Virus record (IMG/VR): IMGVR_UViG_3300042870_000870
Strand: one strand, 5' to 3'
Length of the DNA: 64,000 nt
Source of the DNA: an uncultured virus (IMG/VR IMGVR_UViG_3300042870_000870)
Lineage: Duplodnaviria; Heunggongvirae; Uroviricota; Caudoviricetes
Under the pieces are notes generated by a model. The model was given only the letters and a program-made list of their open reading frames with translations, did no database searches and had not been told where the DNA came from. The first letter of the stretch is position 1. Each line of letters starts with the position of its first letter. Position numbers and translations under genes: made by a program. This document shows, in pieces, positions 10,873 to 19,336 of the stretch.

Positions 10873-13800
10873 TTATATTAATTTAAAAGTTTCTGTACCA
10901 AATTTAACTTGTTCAGCATTGTGAAGGTCCATTAAACTTTGTTTTATTTCATCAAGAACAATGTAATCTGTTACATCCACATCATATTCTATCTTACTAC
11001 CACCCTTTTTAATTGGGAATTTACCCATTCTAAAATTCTTTTCTTTCGGTGTCTCTATTAATTTGTCCACAATTTCACCAATTTTATCTGATGTTTCTTT
11101 TGTTGAAATTTCTTCATAAAGTTTAGTTATTGTCTCTCTCTTTCCTTGTAATAATATTGAAATTAGTTCTACAAAAATATTGTCGTTTAATACACCAGTA
11201 GCAAAATCAAAACTTATATCTAAGTCTTCATTAAACTCATCATGTTTGTTTTTAAAATAATCAACAATATTTGAATATTGGTTATATAAGGTTGAACCGG
11301 TAAAACCTGATAATGTTGTTGAGATAAATTGTACTCCATCAACTTTTCCGTCAAATTCATTTTTAACTAAAAAATTAGCTTTTTCAAATAATTTAATTAC
11401 TTTATTTCTAGAATCTTCTAATTTCTTTAGTGAACTACTTTCAGGCATTTCCCCTATTTTTTCGTTAATGATTGATTTTAACGTTTCTCTTAATTTTTCG
11501 TTAGACCAATCCATTCCTTCACTTGTTACTGCTTTATTAAAACCCAATAAGGTGGTTACGTCATTGTTATTAATATAACTATTTAAATCTGTGGTAAGTT
11601 TTGTACTATAAAAGTTTACATTGGCATCTTTATTAGATGCTCCAAGTAAAGGTAATATATCTGTTGTTGTTGCACTTGTGTTAATTGTTAATCCAGTTAC
11701 AGTTTTGTATCTATTGTGAAAAAATATACTTGATACTTTTTTACCATATTTTTTAACAACTTCGTTATATGATGATTTATATAAATTAATATACGAATCT
11801 GTACCGCTAAAAATTGTATCAATAAAACTAGTATAATCTATTTTAATATAATCAAGACCAGAATTAAGAATTCCCGTTCCAATATATAATCCTTGACTAA
11901 CTTTTGGTTTATTATCTTTATCACCCTCTAACTGAAATTCTGGTTTCTTTTGTAATTCAGCAATGAATTCTTTAGTAAATTGGTCCGCTGGTTTACCATC
12001 AATTAAAGTTGCGGTTGATTGTGCTCTTTCATCATAAATTTCTGTGTTTGCAAAAAAGTTAGATGATAAAGCATTTTGTAATTTTTCAACCGGTCTTTCC
12101 AGTCCTTGTCCACCTATGAAACTAACTTGTAACGTTATATTAGCAATCATTGGTTGTACTCCAATACCTTCTGGATTTAAATCCCATGTTGAATCGTCAT
12201 ACGTTATGTTAATGTCTCTTATAACAATTTTAGAGTGATAAAAATCACCAATTCTTATAACACATATTGGTGGTGGACCAAAAGAAGTATTTCGTGCATT
12301 TAAATCATTAACATCAGCAATTCCTTTTATTGGTATTGTATTTCCAGGTCTTACACATTGTAATAAGAACGTTAATCTTGAGTTCAATCCTTCAGGTGTT
12401 GTTGAGTGGAAAGCTGGATGAAAATATTTTAATTTTTCCTTTAAAGATGTAAACGCTAACGGTGAATCTTCCTCCAATTTTTTAAAGTAGTAACATTCAG
12501 ATAGTGTTTTAGTAATTATTCTTTTCATTACATCAATAGGTGGCTTTGGTGTATATGTAATTTCAGGTTCACCAGGCTCCTTTGTAATTTTCGGTATTTT
12601 AATTTTTTGTGTCGATGGTGGTTTTTGTACGCTAAGTGTTTTAGCGGAAAACTTAACACTTGTTTGTCTACAATAAAATGCGTTTGGTGTCGTTATTTTT
12701 AAACCATATTTTGTTTGAATAACAGTCTTACAATCTAATCTACCATCTGGATCAACATTCGTTAATCCTTTAGCGTTTTCACCTTCAGTAGAAAAGTTTA
12801 TAATTAACTTACCTACATTACCTTTATATCCTAACTTTTCAAAAGTAAATGTTAACTTTTGGTCATTTAAACCATCTTTAGCATTCTTTTTAACTTCCTG
12901 CTCTGATGGCCAGTTAAAGTCGGGTATTTTATCTACATCTCCTTTTAATTTAGTAAGAATATCCAATACTAAAGAATGTGCTCTTCTCATTCCTAATAGG
13001 AAATTGTAATCATCATTTGCAACTTCGGATGCGCTTGAAAGTATTTTAAATTCAGCAAGTTCAATTGTATTTCCACTTACCGCCTTTTTAAGGTCGGCGA
13101 TTTTTGTATTAAATTCCGTATAATTTGTATTTAATTTTTCAAATCCTGTGTTTAACTTATCCAATTGTAAACTAATTGCTTTAGGAAAATCTGTTATTTT
13201 TGATTTTTCTAATTTAAAAATTGTCTTTATGTCTTGGATTGCATCTCCACTTGTGTCTCCACTTAATCTTGTAAAATCAGCTAAAGCATCTGCGTTTAGT
13301 GAGGATTTTTGTGCATAATATGAAGGTTGTATTGTGCTATATATTTCTCCTTTTGTGGTGTTATTAGCATCTTTAGCAGGAATATCATTTGGAAAAAATA
13401 AAGCTAATGAAAAAGGTTCGGGTGCCTTTGTTGGGGTTTCACCCGTCTCTGGTTTAACCTCCTCAACTTCTTCTGATGAATATTTATATTTCTTAATGGT
13501 GGACATTTCTTTTCCAGCATTAAGATATTCATTAATTCTTTTTATATCGTCCGTATCTAAGTTAGTATATTTTCTTACTAAATCATAAAAGTCAATTTCC
13601 TCACATCCAGCAAAGAATGCATTAATATAGTTGTCCGCCTCTTCATCTGACATACCTTTGAAATGTTCTCTCACCAATAGATTTAAAATACTTGGGTGGT
13701 CAACGACAACCTTAAATGATATTGTACCACTTCTTGATGTATTTTGATAAGTGTATATTGGTTCTGGTCTACCTAAAAAACTATTCTCTTCCCATTTAGC

Positions 13801-15594
13801 ACTATTTTGTTCTGATACTTTTAAATCATATGGTGGGAACCACATTACTCTACCTCCATTTGAACCTCTTTCGCAAATTGGTAAATCTTGTACAGTGAAT
13901 CCTTTTTGTGTGGATGATTTCCAAGCTAAGTTTTCAATTGAAAACATATATTTTTTTGCCTGTCCATCTTTTATATTTGTTGAATTTTCAAATGATTTTC
14001 TACCATTCGACATTGGTGCGTAGTTTAAGTTCCATACTCTACTACCACCACCCATTACACTTCCATCAAACTTTCTTACCATGTTTGTTCTTCTCATGGT
14101 ATCTGTGTAGTTAAAGTATGGTCTATCTTTTGTCCATACTCTACAATATTCAACACCACTTTCTTCACCAGAAAATTTGTTTGTGTATTTTACCGCAGAA
14201 CCTCTTGACATCATTACCTCACCATCTTTAAAAACTCTACTGGTTTGGTCAATTACGTTTGCTACGTGAGAACGCATCTCAGAACCATTAGTTGGTAATG
14301 TATTTAATATTTGTTGTGTTTTTCCTAAAATTGAATCTTCTCTAAAAACATATTTTGTTGATAAACTATCTTGTAAATTAGTTTGTTCTATACCACTATA
14401 TTCCTTGTTATGTTCTCCTAATTTATTTTTAGAATTTTTACTATACCAAGCTAGTTTACCTCCAATTTGTCCTCCCTCGGTTACATTTTTACTTTTATGA
14501 AATAACTGAGCAGAAATTTCATCAAACATTAATGAAAGATAATAAGGACTTCTTACTTGGTTGTCATTAAAATCTCCCATTGCAAATCTTACATCATTTG
14601 ACCTATCGTCACCAATATAAGCTTGTCCTGCGGGAGCTTCGACACCTAATATATTTTTTATACCTTGTGCCGCTTTATCTACAAAACTAAATAACTTTGA
14701 TGATTGTTGAGATCTCGCACTTGTTGTATAGTTTGGTGCATATCTATTAAATGTTAATGAATCAAACAAAGCCTGTTTAGGTCCTTGACCCATATATTGT
14801 ATTAATAAATCTGAAGGTTTTCTTGATAACTTTGGTCTTCTTTCAATTCCAATCAATGAACCTAATACTCCCGTAACATCTTGTGCAATTTTACCTAATT
14901 CAGTTTTTGCTTCGGGTCTATAATTTATTGGATTTCTTGGGTTTGATAAATAATCGCCAGGTATTTCACTAAATGGTAATTGTGTTCCTGAAACTGTTTG
15001 TAAAAAATCGATACCTTTACCAATAAGAGTACTTGCAACAGTAATCTTATTATTCATTTCAACTAATGGTTCTCTACCTGTTAATATGTTTAACGCGGTT
15101 GCTGTGTTACCATTTAAAGCGTCTAACAATCTTATCTTACCATTAATTGCTCTATCGGTATTATAAGCTATCCTTGTTAATACAGGACCTCCCTTATCTT
15201 CTCTTATGTATTTTGCAGCAAATTTAAATAATTCAGATTCAGTATCGTACTTTTTTGTTGCCATGATACCAATTAAATTATGTTTCTCCGCAGTAAAATA
15301 TGGAGAACCACCATTAAAATATAATGATAAGTTACGTGTTCTTGGTAACGTATCAATATTTTCCTTTATAAAAAATTTAGTTGGTTTATATATGTTTGAA
15401 TTAGAAATTTTAATTAAATCATCTTTTCTATTTTTATCAACAGCACCTGGATCAACATTTGATAGATTACTTAATTTTTGATAATCATAGTTATCTTTAG
15501 TAAACGTTTGTGGACCATTTGGTTTGATTAACGTTTTTGCTATGATAGAATTCCTAAATTCTTTAGTAGAATCAAAATTTAAGTAACTTGGCAT
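10873..15594 (-). CDS. large tail-tube initiator/baseplate protein with an OmpA-like insertion
   Basis: tube-like segments WEENSFLGRPEPIYTYQNTSRSGTISF and PPICVIRIGDFY...QPMIANITL; OmpA-like SAS...YNFLLGMRRAHSL; lies between the tape measure and LysM wedge genes. Confidence 0.6.
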   Translation of the reverse strand: MPSYLNFDSTKEFRNSIIAKTLIKPNGPQTFTKDNYDYQKLSNLSNVDPGAVDKNRKDDLIKISNSNIYKPTKFFIKENIDTLPRTRNLSLYFNGGSPYFTAEKHNLIGIMATKKYDTESELFKFAAKYIREDKGGPVLTRIAYNTDRAINGKIRLLDALNGNTATALNILTGREPLVEMNNKITVASTLIGKGIDFLQTVSGTQLPFSEIPGDYLSNPRNPINYRPEAKTELGKIAQDVTGVLGSLIGIERRPKLSRKPSDLLIQYMGQGPKQALFDSLTFNRYAPNYTTSARSQQSSKLFSFVDKAAQGIKNILGVEAPAGQAYIGDDRSNDVRFAMGDFNDNQVRSPYYLSLMFDEISAQLFHKSKNVTEGGQIGGKLAWYSKNSKNKLGEHNKEYSGIEQTNLQDSLSTKYVFREDSILGKTQQILNTLPTNGSEMRSHVANVIDQTSRVFKDGEVMMSRGSAVKYTNKFSGEESGVEYCRVWTKDRPYFNYTDTMRRTNMVRKFDGSVMGGGSRVWNLNYAPMSNGRKSFENSTNIKDGQAKKYMFSIENLAWKSSTQKGFTVQDLPICERGSNGGRVMWFPPYDLKVSEQNSAKWEENSFLGRPEPIYTYQNTSRSGTISFKVVVDHPSILNLLVREHFKGMSDEEADNYINAFFAGCEEIDFYDLVRKYTNLDTDDIKRINEYLNAGKEMSTIKKYKYSSEEVEEVKPETGETPTKAPEPFSLALFFPNDIPAKDANNTTKGEIYSTIQPSYYAQKSSLNADALADFTRLSGDTSGDAIQDIKTIFKLEKSKITDFPKAISLQLDKLNTGFEKLNTNYTEFNTKIADLKKAVSGNTIELAEFKILSSASEVANDDYNFLLGMRRAHSLVLDILTKLKGDVDKIPDFNWPSEQEVKKNAKDGLNDQKLTFTFEKLGYKGNVGKLIINFSTEGENAKGLTNVDPDGRLDCKTVIQTKYGLKITTPNAFYCRQTSVKFSAKTLSVQKPPSTQKIKIPKITKEPGEPEITYTPKPPIDVMKRIITKTLSECYYFKKLEEDSPLAFTSLKEKLKYFHPAFHSTTPEGLNSRLTFLLQCVRPGNTIPIKGIADVNDLNARNTSFGPPPICVIRIGDFYHSKIVIRDINITYDDSTWDLNPEGIGVQPMIANITLQVSFIGGQGLERPVEKLQNALSSNFFANTEIYDERAQSTATLIDGKPADQFTKEFIAELQKKPEFQLEGDKDNKPKVSQGLYIGTGILNSGLDYIKIDYTSFIDTIFSGTDSYINLYKSSYNEVVKKYGKKVSSIFFHNRYKTVTGLTINTSATTTDILPLLGASNKDANVNFYSTKLTTDLNSYINNNDVTTLLGFNKAVTSEGMDWSNEKLRETLKSIINEKIGEMPESSSLKKLEDSRNKVIKLFEKANFLVKNEFDGKVDGVQFISTTLSGFTGSTLYNQYSNIVDYFKNKHDEFNEDLDISFDFATGVLNDNIFVELISILLQGKRETITKLYEEISTKETSDKIGEIVDKLIETPKEKNFRMGKFPIKKGGSKIEYDVDVTDYIVLDEIKQSLMDLHNAEQVKFGTETFKLI

Positions 15595-15629
15595 TATTTT
15601 CTTTTATATTATAAATAGATTTATTTAGA

Positions 15630-17531
15630 TTATCTTTTAGCTGTCGATGGTGTGGTATACGATTGAGTATCTACTGTATGGAAGTCATTATAGATACTTG
15701 AATTTTTACCCACTTCTCTCATCCATCCATCAACTAAAGCGTCACCACCTTTGAATACATATTCGTTTGTTACTTTAACATTTTTGTCTGTTTGAGTTGA
15801 CGATTCTTTTTGTTTTTTAGCTTCTTCTTCTGCAATTTTTGTTGCCTCTTCTTTTGTTATTGCATTTTTTGGTGTTTCAACTTTACCTGTTTGTTTATTA
15901 TCAGGTGTAATAATACCTTTTATTTCATTATTAATTAAAGTGGCGGCTTTTGGGAGTGCTTCTTTTGTTGTTTCTGCGAATTTTTTCATATCAATTCCCA
16001 TTTTATCCGCCAACTCTTTAACCTCTCTTGTTCCTGTTAACGCAATCGATTTAACTAAAAATGAAACATCTCGTCTAATATTTTCAATATCTGAAGCTTG
16101 TCCTCTTACAATATCATCTGCCTCTAATTTTTTAAATTCATCTTTATATTTTAACAATAATTCGGCTTGGTTCTTATCTAAAGTATCTAACGCTACCTCC
16201 TGTGCTCCACCAAAAAGGTCTCTCATTTTTTCAGATTGTAATTCAATGGTCATTTTACCATTTTTCATCTGAGACATGTTAGTTAAGAATTCTTTATCCT
16301 CATCTTCAATTCTTAAACCAGATAACATTTCTTTTGCGCTTAATCTTTCTTGTGCCGCAACTGCGGTCTTTGTAAGTTCCTTATAGTCCATACCTAATGC
16401 GGTAGCCATCTCTCTTACTTTTCTTAAGTTAACACCTGTAACTTCAAATCTTCCTTGTTCTTGGTTGTATGTGGCTAAACTACTTGCAGCATTAATAATT
16501 GAATCTTGTAATCCTTCAACATTATTCGTTGCCATATACATTAATTTAAGTGGGTCATTGAAATCTCCAATGGCACCACCTAATACTTGTAAGTTAGCTG
16601 ATAACTCTAATGCACTTTCTGGACTAAATACTTTTTCGGCAACTTGTGAAACCGCATCCATACTTAATCTAAATTCAATAGATTTTTGAACCATTCTAGC
16701 TAAACCCTCAACTCCTTTTTGGAATCCGTATTCGTTTAACTTACCTATATTTGTTGCTAAATCTTTTGAAACTCTTTGTGAATTTAGTCCTAAAGTTAGT
16801 GAGCTTTTTCCCGCTTTTTCAACTGCATCGAACGTACCTTTAGCCCCTATACCTACTTTTTCAAAATCAGGTAACATGTTGGTTAATGCTTCCATTGAAC
16901 CAAGGTATGCTTGACCAACCACTGCCGCCTGTTCAAATGATTGTTGATTTATTAAATTAAATTTACCAGACTTTTCCACTAAACCTTGAGCAACTCCCGC
17001 TAATGTTTCAAATGATATACCTAATTGTGCTAATTTTGGTCCTGCGTTTGATATTTCTTCCCTAAAATCTTTTGATAGTGCACCCGTTAAACCGGTTTTG
17101 GTGTTGATGTCTTCTAATAACTTTCTTTGATTATTATATTCATCACCGATCTGTTCTAATCCAGCCTTGAATACGTTTTGTGCAATTTGGTCTGCTGGTA
17201 AAATTTTTCCGTCTTTTGATGCCATAGACAAAAGCTCCGTTGAATTAACCGAGTCCTTAATATCTTTATAATGTCCACCACCTTCTTGTCCTTTTAAAAT
17301 TCCACTGGCTGCCTCAATGAATGATTTCGCTCCTTTGGTTGTACTGGTTCCTTTTTTTTGACCACTTGAATACGATTCATATTCAATTTTAGCTCTTGAT
17401 TGTAATGAATTTAGTTCACTCTCACTATTAGAATTCGATGGTGGGTATAAATCTTTATAAATTGTTAAAAACCTTGGCCAGTTTCCATCCGACCCTGCCT
17501 TCTCTAAATCTGTTGTGCTATATTTTGCCAT
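15630..17531 (-). CDS. tape measure protein
   Basis: 633-aa helical Ala/Gly/Leu/Lys-rich protein directly after the tube and chaperone genes. Confidence 0.7.
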   Translation of the reverse strand: MAKYSTTDLEKAGSDGNWPRFLTIYKDLYPPSNSNSESELNSLQSRAKIEYESYSSGQKKGTSTTKGAKSFIEAASGILKGQEGGGHYKDIKDSVNSTELLSMASKDGKILPADQIAQNVFKAGLEQIGDEYNNQRKLLEDINTKTGLTGALSKDFREEISNAGPKLAQLGISFETLAGVAQGLVEKSGKFNLINQQSFEQAAVVGQAYLGSMEALTNMLPDFEKVGIGAKGTFDAVEKAGKSSLTLGLNSQRVSKDLATNIGKLNEYGFQKGVEGLARMVQKSIEFRLSMDAVSQVAEKVFSPESALELSANLQVLGGAIGDFNDPLKLMYMATNNVEGLQDSIINAASSLATYNQEQGRFEVTGVNLRKVREMATALGMDYKELTKTAVAAQERLSAKEMLSGLRIEDEDKEFLTNMSQMKNGKMTIELQSEKMRDLFGGAQEVALDTLDKNQAELLLKYKDEFKKLEADDIVRGQASDIENIRRDVSFLVKSIALTGTREVKELADKMGIDMKKFAETTKEALPKAATLINNEIKGIITPDNKQTGKVETPKNAITKEEATKIAEEEAKKQKESSTQTDKNVKVTNEYVFKGGDALVDGWMREVGKNSSIYNDFHTVDTQSYTTPSTAKR

Positions 17532-17544
17532 ACATATAAATAGG

Positions 17545-17706
17545 TTATTGTGTGTTTTCCAACTCCATTATATAACCAATATAATATCGTCTAATATAGA
17601 CAGGCATAGTTAAAATGTCTCCATATGAGAATCCTTTCCTGATTAGGTAGTGAATTTCCGATAATTGATTTTTCTTATATTCCGTAGAAAGGGCGAAAAA
17701 AGTCAA
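17545..17706 (-). CDS. unannotated gp51-like tail assembly chaperone segment (frameshift extension or TTG-started ORF)
   Basis: open frame FALSTEYKKNQLSEIHYLIRKGFSYGDILTMPVYIRRYYIGYIMELENTQ*; the FSYxDILxMPxxxRxYY pattern resembles gp51/gpGT C-termini; no early ATG. Confidence 0.7.
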   Translation of the reverse strand: MTFFALSTEYKKNQLSEIHYLIRKGFSYGDILTMPVYIRRYYIGYIMELENTQ

Positions 17707-18424
17707 CCCCAAACCCAATTCTAAATTGGATCTCTTCTCCTGATGGGGTATTTGCTGTTTGTGTTAGGTCAATTCCTGGCTTATTGTCAGATACGTATTT
17801 TCTAAAATCTTGTGAATCTTTAATCGGCATATTCTCAATGAAATTTCTTGTGTTCATTGGGTCATTAACTCCAGCCACGGATTTAATCATACCTTCGAGT
17901 TGTTTTGTAATAATTGGAGCTATTCCATTACCATTCCAACTCTTTGCAATTTCTTTTATGTCGTTTTCTTGTTTTTGGGTTAAAAACTTAAATGTTACGT
18001 CTACTTTGGATTTATTCATAAAATATGAATATTCTCCGTTAGAATCTGCAACTAATGTAAATGGTTTAAAATCTAAACTACTTAAATCTATTTGAACCTC
18101 AAAATCTTCGTTTGTTTTTGGGTCGGTTAATGTAACTTTATATTCTGAACCAAATGCGGTATTTCTTAAAAATATTAAAATAGCCTCCTTATCTTCTTCA
18201 ACCAAATCTTCGGTTGATAAGTCTTTGTCTAATACTTTTCTTTTTAATAGTTCATTAACTATAGCATTTGTCTGTATTAAATTTGGGGATGCTAATATAT
18301 TTTCATCCGCGGCAGTTAGGTAAGCTATTCTTAGTGATTTCTTACCATTTTGATAATGGATACCTCTACTTGGTAACTCCACAACATCATATGCGATTCT
18401 TGGGTCAATTCTTAATTCTTCCAT
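17675..18424 (-). CDS. T4 gp26-like baseplate hub assembly / tail chaperone
   Basis: VELPSRG, YLTAADENIL, LIFLRNTAFG and C-terminal GVDFF; start trimmed to MEELRID because the longer start lies in the tube terminator. Confidence 0.8.
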   Translation of the reverse strand: MEELRIDPRIAYDVVELPSRGIHYQNGKKSLRIAYLTAADENILASPNLIQTNAIVNELLKRKVLDKDLSTEDLVEEDKEAILIFLRNTAFGSEYKVTLTDPKTNEDFEVQIDLSSLDFKPFTLVADSNGEYSYFMNKSKVDVTFKFLTQKQENDIKEIAKSWNGNGIAPIITKQLEGMIKSVAGVNDPMNTRNFIENMPIKDSQDFRKYVSDNKPGIDLTQTANTPSGEEIQFRIGFGVDFFRPFYGI

Positions 18425-18470
18425 AGTACAATTTAATCTATAACTATCGTAAAGTAAAGTTTTAAACATA

Positions 18471-18505
18471 AAAAAACCGATACCCATTTCTGGTATATCG
18501 GTTTA
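18471..18505 (-). terminator. intrinsic terminator after tail tube gene
   Basis: AAAACCGATA...TATCGGTTTT stem with T-run. Confidence 0.75.
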
Positions 18506-18525
18506 ATATATGAAAAAGTATAATA

Positions 18526-19014
18526 TTAGAATACAAGTATACATCTATCCATACGTAAAGTACATTGGATAGTTGCAATTTCATCTCTTGAATAGTCTAA
18601 TTCACCAAAGTTGATGTCTTGAATAAATGTTCCTTGAAGAATCCATTTTTCAACAACAACTCCCGTTGGGTCTAACATTTCAAGTTCGATGTCTTTTTTA
18701 TAACCGGCAGCATATCCCATACGACCAGTAACTGATTCAGCGTGTAAACGGAACCACTCCATTAACGCTTGTGACGCTGATGGACCAATCGGGTCTTTAA
18801 ATGTTACCCTCATAGTATCCCAACTAAATTTACCCGCAACATATGTTGAAGTATTTAAAAAAGGAATTTCAGTCGCGTTGATTTTTGCGGATGGTCTAGC
18901 CGCTGATGTTACATACCATTCATTGATACCCAAAGAAGATGGGAATCTTACAATAAATCGGTTCTGTCTTTTCGGTTCGTAAGGAACCGGCATTTTCATT
19001 AGTAAATCTGCCAT
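18526..19014 (-). CDS. tail tube protein (gp19-like)
   Basis: EPKRQNRF, YVAGKFSW, YKKDIELEMLDPTG, WILQGTF and LDYS motifs; follows the sheath gene. Confidence 0.9.
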   Translation of the reverse strand: MADLLMKMPVPYEPKRQNRFIVRFPSSLGINEWYVTSAARPSAKINATEIPFLNTSTYVAGKFSWDTMRVTFKDPIGPSASQALMEWFRLHAESVTGRMGYAAGYKKDIELEMLDPTGVVVEKWILQGTFIQDINFGELDYSRDEIATIQCTLRMDRCILVF

Positions 19015-19097
19015 GTTGTATTTGTTAAGTTTTTTTGTTATTTTATACTCTTATAAATATATGTTAATTAGAAATAAATTTATTTTTAGGATCGATC

Positions 19098-19128
19098 TTG
19101 ATTTTGTGGATTTTTTTTCGTAGTTTTT
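19098..19128 (+). promoter_or_regulatory. putative host-type promoter firing antisense into a non-coding island
   Basis: TTGATT-17 nt-TAGTTT, same architecture as the promoter at 35808-35837. Confidence 0.4.
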
Positions 19129-19265
19129 TACAAATCCTCCAGTATTCTAGACCCAGTATAAATAATTAATAAATTTCTAGTTTAATAATATAACATATAA
19201 ATACTAGTATAACTAGTTCCAGATTATACTGGGTAAAATAAAATGATATAATTTTAATAATAATT

Positions 19266-19281
19266 GGTTCCATGTGGAGCA
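19266..19281. promoter_or_regulatory. parS-like 16-mer GGTTCCATGTGGAGCA
   Basis: 13/16 identity to the parS variant TGTTCCACGTGGAACA; intergenic. Confidence 0.35.
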
Positions 19282-19283
19282 TT

Positions 19284-19314
19284 AAAAAAGGGAAGCTTTT
19301 CGGCCTCCCTTTTT
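19284..19314. terminator. bidirectional intrinsic terminator after sheath gene
   Basis: minus strand GGGAGGC-CGAAAA-GCTTCCC flanked by A and T runs on both sides. Confidence 0.8.
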
Positions 19315-19336
19315 ATTTTTATATCCTCCTTTTAGA

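Noticed and set aside
18425..18487. Longest-ORF starts at 18487, 24246, 32689 and 51147
   Set aside because: The extensions run through terminators or promoter motifs; downstream ATGs (18424, 24276, 32668, 51069) fit better
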